Shown here one piece after another: positions 1-7,938 of a DNA stretch of 32,000 nucleotides. The notes below the pieces were generated by a model that was not told the origin of the DNA, did not search any database, and was given only the letters and a program-made list of their open reading frames with translations. The position numbers and the translations under genes were made by a program. The stretch lies in NCBI RefSeq assembly GCF_000189295.2, contig NC_016803.1:3570001-3602000 (forward strand). Reading direction: 5' to 3'. Every line of letters begins with the position of its first letter. Within the stretch, counting starts at the first letter, position 1. This DNA comes from Pseudodesulfovibrio mercurii. Its GTDB lineage: Bacteria; Desulfobacterota; Desulfovibrionia; Desulfovibrionales; Desulfovibrionaceae.

Positions 1-92
1 GACAACCGTAGCGGGGAGCCCGAAAAGAAGCAATGATAAAACGCCGTCCCGCCAAGGATAAACTCCTCGTCCTCGGGCGCGGAGGTGTTCTC

Positions 93-1748
93 CTAGCGGC
101 CCGGCTGGGGTTTGCGGCGCTGGGTGCGCGGGGCCTTGCCCGCGGGCTTCCACCCTTTTTGGGGGAACTTGCGGCCGGGGGGCTTGCGCCGCGACTCGTC
201 CCTGGTGACCAGGGTTTCTCCCTCGCGGCTGTTGACCCGCTCCATGACCCGGTCGGCCTCGGCGGCCGGGACCGTGAAGGTGGTCCGGTCGTTCTGCACC
301 CGGACGTGCTGGATGGCCCACTGCTTGACGTTCGCGGCCGAGGCGATGAAGTCCACGAACCGCTTGGGGTTCATGCCGTGGGCGCGGCCCAGGGCGCAGG
401 TCATGTCGGCCCGGCCCCGTCCGGCCGGTCCCACGGGCTCGATGCGGCGGTAGCCGGACTCGACCAGCTCTTCGCCGAAGGCGCTGCGCAGCAGGGCGGC
501 GACCACCTCCTCGGCGGGCCTGTCGTGGAGCAGTTCCCCGGCCATGGCCAGATAGGCGCCGTGGCCTTCCGCCTCCAGGATGGCGTTCAGTTCATCCACC
601 ACCTTGCGCTTCTTGGAGTGGATGACGTCCTCGATGCGCGGCAGGGGCTCCTTGGCGATGTCGATGCCGGTGCTCTTGGCGATGTACATGAGCTTGCGGA
701 ATTCGTTCGGCGTGATCAGGGTGATGGCCACGCCCTGCTTGCCCGCGCGGCCCGTGCGTCCGGTGCGGTGCACGAAGGTCTGCGGGTCCTGGGGCAGGGC
801 GAAGTTGACCACGTGGGTCAGGTCCGGCACGTCGATGCCGCGCGCGGCCACGTCCGTGGCCACCAGGATGGTCGCCTTGCGCTCGCGGAAGCCGCTCAGG
901 ATCTTCTCGCGCTGGGCCTGGTTCAGGTCGCCGTGGATGGGCTCGGCCGGGTAGCCGCGCTGGGTCAGGCGGGCGGCCACCAGGTCGGCGTCGGCGCGGG
1001 TGCGCACGAAGACCAGGCCGTAGAAGTCCGGCCGGGCGTCGATGACCCGGCACAGGGCCTCGAAGCGGTCGGAGTCGGCGATCTCGTGGAAGACCTGGCG
1101 AGTCAGGGGCGCGTCCGAGACCTCGGGCTTGACCCGGACCACGTCGAAGTCGCCCATGAATTCCCTGGCGATGGCCATGACCTCGCCGCCCATGGTGGCC
1201 GAGAACATGAGGGTCCGCCGGTCCGCGTTGGCCGAGGCCAGGATGGCGCGGACGTCGTCCACGAAGCCCATGTTGCACATCTCGTCCGCCTCATCGAGGA
1301 TGAAGTAGGTCAACTGGTCGATGCGCAGGGAGCCGCGCTCCAGGTGGTCCATGATCCGGCCGGGGGTGCCCACGACCACGTCCACGCCCTGGCGCAGGGC
1401 CTTGAGCTGCATGTGGATGGCCTGGCCGCCGTAGACCGGGAGCACGCGGATGCGTTTGCCGCCCTTGAGGGAGTCGATCTCCTCGGCCACCTGGATGGCC
1501 AGCTCGCGGGTGGGGGCCAGGATGAGCGACTGGACGCGGCGCGCCCCCTCCTCGGCCGCTTCGATGACCGGCAGGCCGAAGGCCGCGGTCTTGCCCGTGC
1601 CGGTCTGTGCCTGGCCCACGATGTCGCGGGTGCCGGAGAGCAGTCGGGGAATGGTCAGGGCCTGGATGGGGGTGGGGGCGGTGAACCCCTTGGACGTCAG
1701 GGCGTCCAGGGTGGATCCGGAAAGCCCCAGTTCCTGGAAACTGGTCAT
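93..1748 (-). CDS. deaD: DEAD-box ATP-dependent RNA helicase (DeaD/CsdA-like) with C-terminal DbpA-like RNA-binding domain and basic tail
   Basis: Helicase motifs are present in order in the 93..1811 ORF: Q motif GFTAPTPIQ, motif I AQTGTGKT, DEAD (ILDEADEM), SAT, HRTGRTGRAG. Start moved to the ATG at 1748 (MTSFQELGL), the usual N-terminus for this family. The upstream 21 codons look like read-in. Confidence 0.93.
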   Translation of the reverse strand: MTSFQELGLSGSTLDALTSKGFTAPTPIQALTIPRLLSGTRDIVGQAQTGTGKTAAFGLPVIEAAEEGARRVQSLILAPTRELAIQVAEEIDSLKGGKRIRVLPVYGGQAIHMQLKALRQGVDVVVGTPGRIMDHLERGSLRIDQLTYFILDEADEMCNMGFVDDVRAILASANADRRTLMFSATMGGEVMAIAREFMGDFDVVRVKPEVSDAPLTRQVFHEIADSDRFEALCRVIDARPDFYGLVFVRTRADADLVAARLTQRGYPAEPIHGDLNQAQREKILSGFRERKATILVATDVAARGIDVPDLTHVVNFALPQDPQTFVHRTGRTGRAGKQGVAITLITPNEFRKLMYIAKSTGIDIAKEPLPRIEDVIHSKKRKVVDELNAILEAEGHGAYLAMAGELLHDRPAEEVVAALLRSAFGEELVESGYRRIEPVGPAGRGRADMTCALGRAHGMNPKRFVDFIASAANVKQWAIQHVRVQNDRTTFTVPAAEADRVMERVNSREGETLVTRDESRRKPPGRKFPQKGWKPAGKAPRTQRRKPQPGR

Positions 1749-1814
1749 GGTGTGCCTTTGGTAAAACGTGAAAAACGTGGTCTGTCCGGACGGCGCGCCA
1801 CAGGGCGACATCGC

Positions 1815-1924
1815 GGCCCGCCGGAGGTCTCGAAGGGGGAGAGAGGGAGGGGGGAGTCCGGGGGAAGGGGAAGGGAGGAGATTCTCGACTCCTCCATTCC
1901 CCTTCCCCCGGCCGCCGGGGGCGG
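1815..1924 (-). repeat. Intergenic GC-rich repeat element, copy E (long imperfect hairpin 1861-1908 plus 13-mer GGCCGCCGGGGGC ending 2 nt from the infA stop)
   Basis: Hairpin GGGGAAGGGGAA.GGAGGAG / CTCCTCC.TTCCCCTTCCCC (12+7 bp). The 13-mer at 1910-1922 differs by 1 nt from GGCCGCCGGAGGC in copies B, C and D. Confidence 0.6.
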
Positions 1925-2143
1925 CTACCTGGGACGGAAGGTGATGCGGCCCCGGGTGAGATCGTAGGGGGAGAGTTCCACGGTCACGGTGTCGCCGGGC
2001 ATGACGCGGATGCGGAACTTGCGCATCTTGCCGGAGATGTGGGCGAGCACGGTGTGACCGTTTTCGAGTTCAACGCGGAACATGGCGTTGGGCAGGGCTT
2101 CCTCAACCTTGCCCTGGACGACGATTCCTTCTTCTTTTGGCAT
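1925..2143 (-). CDS. infA: Translation initiation factor IF-1
   Basis: 72 aa: [70 protein letters not shown]. Near-canonical IF-1 S1-fold sequence. Confidence 0.97.
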   Translation of the reverse strand: MPKEEGIVVQGKVEEALPNAMFRVELENGHTVLAHISGKMRKFRIRVMPGDTVTVELSPYDLTRGRITFRPR

Positions 2144-2178
2144 CTATTTTTTTACCTCTTGTTACAGGGGACGGGAAA

Positions 2179-2203
2179 AGCCCGCCCCGGGAAAGGGCGG
2201 GCT
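2179..2203 (-). terminator. Hairpin downstream of the RRM protein gene (possible weak intrinsic terminator)
   Basis: AGCCCGCCC / GGGCGGGCT 9-bp stem with 7-nt loop. On the minus strand only a short T run (TTTT incl. stem) follows. Confidence 0.35.
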
Positions 2204-2234
2204 GGGGTATGTCTTCTCTTGACGGGCGGCCGCG

Positions 2235-2498
2235 CTACCAGCGCGGGCGCTCGGGGCGGGGACGGGCTTCGTTGACTTTGAGGTTGCGGCCGCCGAAGTC
2301 GGAGCCGTCCAGGCTTTCGATGGCTGCCAGGGCGCCCTGGTCGTCCATTTCCACGAAGCCGAAGCCGCGCGGGCGACCGGTCTCGCGATCGTTGACCAGT
2401 TTGACGGAAATGACCTCCCCAAAGGTCTCGAACGCAGCGCGTACATCCTCTTCCGTGGCGCTCCAGGGCAGGTTGCCCACATAGATATTCTTAGCCAT
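2235..2498 (-). CDS. Small RRM-type RNA-binding protein (glycine-poor Rbp family)
   Basis: 87 aa. RNP2 IYVGNL and RNP1 RGFGFVEM motifs at canonical spacing. Confidence 0.92.
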   Translation of the reverse strand: MAKNIYVGNLPWSATEEDVRAAFETFGEVISVKLVNDRETGRPRGFGFVEMDDQGALAAIESLDGSDFGGRNLKVNEARPRPERPRW

Positions 2499-2735
2499 TA
2501 CGTACCAAACTCCAAAAAATAGTGAAAAAAACGGCGCCTAACGCCCGGTGAAACCAGATCGAGGAAACGGCGGCGCGTGCGCCCTGCGGAACCTGAAATC
2601 ATTCCACCCATTGTCGGTGCGGACCGGCCGAAACCGGCTGCGTCCCCATGGACGCCACCGACCACTGTAGTAGAGCCCCTTACGTGGGAGAAAGGGGATT
2701 CGTCAAGGGAAAAATGATTTGAGCAGGAATATCTC

Positions 2736-3035
2736 CTAGATAATGGACTCCATATCCGGGAAAATCCTGTCCGGGTCGTACAATCCGGGCCGCTCCTGGG
2801 CCATGGCGTCCATGGTGGCGAAGAATTCGTCCCAGCCCGCCACCTCGGCCACCTTCTTCTTGTCGATGAATATCTTGAAGATGGTCCCGCGCGGGCATCG
2901 GGTCAGGTTGAGTTCGAGCACGCCCTCGCCGGTCATTTCGGTCCAGAAGGCGGACCAGGAGGTGCGGTCGCCCTCGGTCTTCTTGTACTTCTCGAAATAG
3001 GCCTCGAAAATCCGTTTGATGTCGGCGCGTTCCAT
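2736..3035 (-). CDS. Hypothetical 99-aa protein, last gene of the PaaK-like/BNR operon
   Basis: Start taken at the internal ATG (MERADIKRIFEAYFEKYKK...), 4 nt after the stop of the upstream gene. The N-terminal part of the 191-aa track ORF overlaps the BNR gene out of frame and is P/R/G/T junk. I recognise no family. Confidence 0.6.
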   Translation of the reverse strand: MERADIKRIFEAYFEKYKKTEGDRTSWSAFWTEMTGEGVLELNLTRCPRGTIFKIFIDKKKVAEVAGWDEFFATMDAMAQERPGLYDPDRIFPDMESII

Positions 3036-3039
3036 GGTG

Positions 3040-4584
3040 TCATCCTCGCTTGAAGTCGTCCTCGAAGAACCGGGTCCCGGCCACGAAGGCGGTCTTGAGG
3101 GGCTCGTAGCCGGGCTGCGTGGCCCCGCCGTGGTGGTAGGCGCAGAAGAAGCTCCCGTCGGCCAGCCGCGCCCAGCCCGAGTAGCCGAAATCCGGGGCCG
3201 CCGCGTGGCGGTCGTTGCGCAACTCCAGGACGCGCTCCCGGACCCATGCGTCCGGCACCCCGTCCCCGGCGGTCCAATGCCAAGCATACACCCGGCCGTA
3301 GGCGGGTTCAAGGATGTTCAGGGAAAGGCGTCTCCAGGTGCAGTCCACGGCGTTGTCCTCGAAGGGATAGGGCGCGCCGAACAGCACCGGCCGGGTCTCG
3401 GCGTGATCCGGGTCCACCGCGACCACGGCCCGCCGTTCCCCGTCCACGAAGGCCGCGACCCGGCCCGCCGCGTACTCGAAGCGCAGCCGGTGGAACCGGC
3501 CGGGGGCAAGCGGCACGGCCTGGGCGGGGTCCGCGTCCGGGACCATGGCCCCGGGGGTCAGCCGCCACCAGCAGCCCACGCGCACGGCGCAGCCGTTTTG
3601 CCCGGCCCGGTCCACCCGGACCTCGGCCTCCAGGGCCAGGGTCGCGCTGCGCGGGTCGGTCATGGGCCGCAGGGCGTAGCGCACCACGGAGCCGTTGCCC
3701 GCATCGTTGCGCACACGCATGCCCTCGGCGGAGAAGGTCGGGTTGGCCGGGTCCGCGGCCCGGCCGTGGACCCGGAAATCCGAGGCCAGCTCCGCCGCCG
3801 TGCCCAGCCAGGCGCAGGTACCCCAGTCCGGGCCGGTGTTGCGGTAGGTGACCAGCAGCCGCCCGTCGGCGAGCGGCCCCATGGTAGGGCGGTGGCCCAT
3901 GAGCGCGGTGGGCGCGGGGCGCGACCATGTGGCCCCGTCGTCGTCGCTGTGGACCAGGTACATGGGCTCGAATACGAAGCTGTTCTCGCGCAGCAGGGCC
4001 AGGATGCGGCCCGTGGGCAGCCGGGTCATGGAGGCCTCGCACAGGACCAGGTTGCGCTCGGCGGCCATGACCGACAGCCGCGCCCAGGTCCGGCCCCGGT
4101 CCGTGGAGCGGTAGACCACCTGCTCGGTGGGCGGCTGGCGGATGGCCGGGTGCTCCTTGTCGCCCAGATGGCGGTGACCCGTGGTCAGCCAGCCGCCGTC
4201 GTCCAGGACCAGGGCGCGGTCGAGCATGTCGTGGGTCAGCCCCGCGGCCTCGAAGGGACGCCAGGTGCGCCCGTGGTCGGGGCTTTCGAAAAAGAAGCGC
4301 GAGCTGTCCGACAGGACGATGCGGCCATCCGGGAAGACGTTCAGGCGCGGGCTGTGGCTGCGCGGGGAGTCGGGGTACGCGGGCGCGGACCAGGTCCGGC
4401 CGTCATCGCGGCTGGTCCGGATCACGAGCACGCGCCGAGTGGGGCGGACGTGCCGGTCCGCCTCGTTGTAGGCGACGATCAGCGTGCCGTCATGGGCCCG
4501 GATCACGTCCGGGAAGGCCAGGTACCGCCCGTCCCGGCGGTCGATGACCACGTGGCGGTCCGCTTGCTCGGACAGGCTGGGCAT
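3040..4584 (-). CDS. BNR/Asp-box repeat beta-propeller protein (sialidase-like fold), no signal peptide, with a ~170-aa inserted/jelly-roll-like segment
   Basis: Four S-x-D-x-G-x-T-W Asp-boxes: SRDDGRTWS, SPDHGRTWR, STDRGRTWA, SDDDGATWS. The N-terminus MPSLSEQADRH lacks a hydrophobic leader. Confidence 0.8.
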   Translation of the reverse strand: MPSLSEQADRHVVIDRRDGRYLAFPDVIRAHDGTLIVAYNEADRHVRPTRRVLVIRTSRDDGRTWSAPAYPDSPRSHSPRLNVFPDGRIVLSDSSRFFFESPDHGRTWRPFEAAGLTHDMLDRALVLDDGGWLTTGHRHLGDKEHPAIRQPPTEQVVYRSTDRGRTWARLSVMAAERNLVLCEASMTRLPTGRILALLRENSFVFEPMYLVHSDDDGATWSRPAPTALMGHRPTMGPLADGRLLVTYRNTGPDWGTCAWLGTAAELASDFRVHGRAADPANPTFSAEGMRVRNDAGNGSVVRYALRPMTDPRSATLALEAEVRVDRAGQNGCAVRVGCWWRLTPGAMVPDADPAQAVPLAPGRFHRLRFEYAAGRVAAFVDGERRAVVAVDPDHAETRPVLFGAPYPFEDNAVDCTWRRLSLNILEPAYGRVYAWHWTAGDGVPDAWVRERVLELRNDRHAAAPDFGYSGWARLADGSFFCAYHHGGATQPGYEPLKTAFVAGTRFFEDDFKRG

Positions 4585-4596
4585 GCCGGTCCCCGG

Positions 4597-5886
4597 CTAC
4601 TCCTCGGCGCGCGAGTCTTCCACCCGCTTGGTCTTGGAGAAGCTGCGCGGCAGCTCGCCCGGACCGAGGATGGTCACCTCGCCGCGCACCAGGATGTTCT
4701 TGCGGATCTCGTCGGCCAGGGCCTTGGCCAAGTCGTCGTCGCACCCGGACGTCGCGCCGGGCGCGCGTTCAACGTGCACGGCCATGTGGTCCAGGCCGTC
4801 CTTGCGGCTGAGGAAGATCTTGTACTCGGCGGACAGCTCCTTGAAGTGTTCGAGCACGGAGCCGATCTGGCCGGGGTAGATGTTCACGCCCCGGAAGATG
4901 AACATGTCGTCGGACCGGCCCATGATCCTGTCCACGCGGGGCAGGGTCACACCGCAGGCGCACTGGCCGGGGATGAGCCGGGTCAGGTCGTGGGTGCGGT
5001 AGCGGATGAGCGGCGAGGCCTCCTTGCGCAGGGAGGTGACGACCATCTCGCCGACCTCGCCGGGGGCCACGGGCTCAAGGGTTTCGGGGTCGATGATCTC
5101 GGTGATGTAGTAGTCCGCCCAGTAGTGGATGCCGTCGTGGGCGTCGCATTCGAGCCCCGTGCCCGGACCGTACAGCTCGGTCATGCCGATGATGTCGTAG
5201 CTGTCCTCCAGCCCCAGAGCCTCCTCGAACTGGCGGCGCATCTTGGGGGTGTGGGTCTCGGAACCGAAAATGGCCTTTTTCAGGTTGATCTTGTCGGCCA
5301 GCCCCTGTTTCTGGACCTCCTCGCCCATGAGCAGGGCCATGGAGGCCGTGGAGCACATGCAGGTGGGTTTGAGGTCGGTGAGCATCTGGAGCTGAATTTC
5401 CAGCAGCCCCGGCCCCACGGGCAGGGCCATGGCCCCGAACCGCTCGCAGCCGAGCTGGAAGCCCGCGCCCGCGGTCCACAGCCCGTAACCCACGCAGATC
5501 TGGACCCGGTCCTCCACGGTCAGCCCGGCCATCTCGTAGCAGCGGGCGAACATGTCCTTCCAGACGTCGATGTCGTTCTGGGTGTAGGCCAGTATCTTGC
5601 GCTTGCCCGTGGTTCCGCTGGAGCCGTGGATGCGGACCACGTCCCTTTCGGGCACGGACAGAAGCGGCATGGGGTAGCCGTCCTTGAGGTCCTCGGCCGT
5701 GGTGAAGGGAAGCTTGCGCAGGTCGTCCAGGGACGTGACGTCGCCCGGCTCCACGCCCAGCTCCTTGAAACGTGCCCGGTAGAACGGGCTGTCGGCATAC
5801 ACATGACCCACGGTCCACTTGAGGCCTTCGAGCTGGATGTCGGCGATCTGTTCCTCGGTCAAATGCGGTATGAAACGGTGGTCCAT
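4597..5886 (-). CDS. Phenylacetate-CoA ligase family / coenzyme F390 synthetase-like adenylate-forming enzyme
   Basis: PaaK-family signature: HGSSGTTGKRK P-loop-like AMP motif, YGLWTAGAG, GMTELYGPG, IRYRTHD, FIFRGVNIYP. Start placed at ATG 5886 (MDHRF...), preceded by GGAG 6 nt upstream. ATG 5898 is an alternative. Confidence 0.88.
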   Translation of the reverse strand: MDHRFIPHLTEEQIADIQLEGLKWTVGHVYADSPFYRARFKELGVEPGDVTSLDDLRKLPFTTAEDLKDGYPMPLLSVPERDVVRIHGSSGTTGKRKILAYTQNDIDVWKDMFARCYEMAGLTVEDRVQICVGYGLWTAGAGFQLGCERFGAMALPVGPGLLEIQLQMLTDLKPTCMCSTASMALLMGEEVQKQGLADKINLKKAIFGSETHTPKMRRQFEEALGLEDSYDIIGMTELYGPGTGLECDAHDGIHYWADYYITEIIDPETLEPVAPGEVGEMVVTSLRKEASPLIRYRTHDLTRLIPGQCACGVTLPRVDRIMGRSDDMFIFRGVNIYPGQIGSVLEHFKELSAEYKIFLSRKDGLDHMAVHVERAPGATSGCDDDLAKALADEIRKNILVRGEVTILGPGELPRSFSKTKRVEDSRAEE

Positions 5887-6017
5887 GTGCGGCTCCATTG
5901 ATGCGTGTGCGACGGCGCGTCTCTTGTGCCGGAAGGGGAAATCCGGTAACTTCAATACTGTTGCGCCAGCGGTATTCATGCAGCAAAAGCCGCGAATCTT
6001 CAAGCCCCAAGGACGTT

Positions 6018-6800
6018 ATGGACATCATCCCCACCTGGGCCTTCTACCTCGCCGCCGCCGTGGCCGGACTCGAACTCGGCGGCCTGTCCACCATCTTCAT
6101 CCAGCGCTGGATCGACGAGGAGCCCATCTGTCGGCCGGGCGGCTCCAAGTGCCCTTCGTGCAACGCGCGGCTGGCCTGGCGGGAGACCATCCCCCTGGTC
6201 AGCTTCCTCCTGCTCCGGGGCCGCTGCCGACACTGCGGCGCGCCCATCGGGGTGCAGTACGTGCTGGCGGAAGTGGCCTGCATGGCCTGGGCCCTGGCCT
6301 CGGCCCACACCTTCGGGCTGAGTCCGGAGTGGGGCGTGTACCTGATCCTCGGGGTCATGCTCATCGCGGGCAGCCTCATCGACTTCGAGACCTTCCTGCT
6401 GCCCGATCGCATCACCCTGGGCGGCACGGCCATGGCCCTGGCGGCCAGCTTCTTCCTCCGGACAGGCCCCACCTGGCAGGAGGCCCTCCTGGGCGCCGCC
6501 GTGGGCGCGGGGCTGTTTTGGGTCCTGCAACAGCTCTACCGGCTGTGGCGCGGACAGGAGGGGCTGGGCACCGGCGACGTCAAGCTCATGGCCATGATCG
6601 GGGCCATGACCGGGCTGAGCGGGCTGGCTCCGACCATCCTGGTGGGCAGCGTGACCGGGGCGCTCGGCTCCGTCTACTACATGCTCCGTCCGGGCAGGGG
6701 CGGCATCCGGGGGCGCGTGCCCTACGGCCCGTTCCTCAGCCTGGGCTGCCTGCTCTACCTGCTCTACGGCCCGCAGCTTCTGCGCTGGTGGCAGCACTAG
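6018..6800 (+). CDS. pilD: Prepilin (type IV leader) peptidase / N-methyltransferase, A24 family
   Basis: CPSC...CRHC zinc-type cysteine pairs, then a polytopic region with LIDFETFLLPD and GTGDVKLMAMIG (the two catalytic Asp contexts). ATG at 6018 follows AAGGA. Confidence 0.88.
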   Translation: MDIIPTWAFYLAAAVAGLELGGLSTIFIQRWIDEEPICRPGGSKCPSCNARLAWRETIPLVSFLLLRGRCRHCGAPIGVQYVLAEVACMAWALASAHTFGLSPEWGVYLILGVMLIAGSLIDFETFLLPDRITLGGTAMALAASFFLRTGPTWQEALLGAAVGAGLFWVLQQLYRLWRGQEGLGTGDVKLMAMIGAMTGLSGLAPTILVGSVTGALGSVYYMLRPGRGGIRGRVPYGPFLSLGCLLYLLYGPQLLRWWQH

Positions 6801-6830
6801 GCCTTTCGCCTCCGGTTCCGGCGGGCACGA

Positions 6831-6859
6831 AAAAACCGCCCGATGCGGTCGAGCGGTTT
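6831..6859. terminator. Possible bidirectional hairpin between convergent pilD and BON-lipoprotein genes
   Basis: AAACCGC / GCGGTTT stem flanked by an A-run upstream and TTT downstream. The loop is long (about 12 nt), so it is weak. Confidence 0.3.
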
Positions 6860-6898
6860 CGGGGAATCGGGCCTTTGGCCGATTGGAGGGTGGGCGGA

Positions 6899-7714
6899 TC
6901 ACCGTCCCCGGTCGGGGTTGGTGACGGCCAGCACGGGAAGGGTTTCCTGTGCGGCCTTTTTTTCGACCTTGGGCCTGGTCTTCTGGGTTTTGGACTTGGT
7001 CTTGGGCGCCGGCGGGATGTCCCTGGACGGCACGGACGAGGGCTTGGGCGCGGGGGCCAGCTGGGCGGTCATGATCTGGGGCTCGGGTCCGGCGTTCTCC
7101 TGGTGGTATAGGTAGGAGACCACCCGGTTGATGCCGTCCATGCTCATGGCGTGGGCCACGATGCGGTCGCGCTCGGTCTTGTCGTGGATGACCCCGAGCA
7201 AGATGATGTCGCCCTGGACGATCTGCACCTCCACGGGCGTGGAGGTGACCTCGAAGTCGGCCATGAGCTGGGTGCGCAGCTCCGCGTACTTGGCCTGGTC
7301 CGAGAAGAAATCGTTGTCCTCGTTCTCGTCGTGCAGGTACAGGCGGCTGATGATCTCGCGCTTGCCGTCCACCTTCTCCATGCACTGGTAGATGGACTTG
7401 AGCTGCTCCTGGGAGTCGTATTCGCCCACCAGGTAAAGCTTGCCGAAATAGCAGTAAGTGGTGATCTGGTTCGCCCGAATCTGCTTGTCCCGGTACAATT
7501 CGGCCTGGGCGTGCCCGGCCACGATGGCGTCGAGCATCTGCTGCTCGGTGGTCCGCTCGTCCATGGCCGTCTCGTACACGGACTGTCCGCTGCCGATGAT
7601 CGACGAGACGTAGGCGGGCGCTCCGGGAATGAGCCCGATGCCGAAGGGCACCATGGCGCAACCGGGCAGCAGCAGGACCCCTGCGATCACGATAAACAAT
7701 TTGAGTCTGAACAT
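6899..7714 (-). CDS. Lipoprotein with BON-like domains and a Pro/Lys-rich C-terminal tail
   Basis: Signal peptide plus lipobox MFRLKLFIVIAGVLLLPGC. The internal VEVQIVQGDIILLGVIHDKTERDRIVAHAMSMDGINRV segment resembles the BON (OsmY-like) pattern. The tail is low complexity: APAPKPSSVPSRDIPPAPKTKSKTQKTRPK. Confidence 0.7.
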   Translation of the reverse strand: MFRLKLFIVIAGVLLLPGCAMVPFGIGLIPGAPAYVSSIIGSGQSVYETAMDERTTEQQMLDAIVAGHAQAELYRDKQIRANQITTYCYFGKLYLVGEYDSQEQLKSIYQCMEKVDGKREIISRLYLHDENEDNDFFSDQAKYAELRTQLMADFEVTSTPVEVQIVQGDIILLGVIHDKTERDRIVAHAMSMDGINRVVSYLYHQENAGPEPQIMTAQLAPAPKPSSVPSRDIPPAPKTKSKTQKTRPKVEKKAAQETLPVLAVTNPDRGR

Positions 7715-7938
7715 TCGTACCGTCCCCCCATAATTTGGCGTTCAGGCTCCACCCTGCGCAAGAAACAGCAAGAACCCTGCCAGAAAGGTCGGGAACGGGG
7801 ACATTTCTCCTTGGCCCTAGAGGGGCGAAGGTTTCGTAAAGACAGTAGTTTTCGTTGGGGAAAAGGATGATCCACTAATCGTGGATTAATCGCCGAACCA
7901 GGGATCGAACGGTCCAGTAAAAGTGGACTCCGGCCGGT

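Noticed and set aside
1815-1924. CRISPR array or insertion sequence as an explanation of the repeated GC-rich elements
   Set aside because: The copies are dispersed over 30 kb in separate intergenic regions and are not regularly spaced with unique spacers. They encode no transposase and have no obvious target-site duplications. A REP/MITE-like non-autonomous element is the better description.
3016-5901. 961-aa ORF on the plus strand
   Set aside because: It is antisense to the BNR and PaaK-like genes, spans their intergenic gap and is rich in G/A/R/P/V. It has no recognisable domain. Shadow ORF.
7868-7892. Small hairpin ATCCAC-TAATC-GTGGAT downstream of the GT39 gene as a terminator
   Set aside because: It has only 6 bp, is AT-containing, and has a weak, distant T run. 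That is not enough to call.
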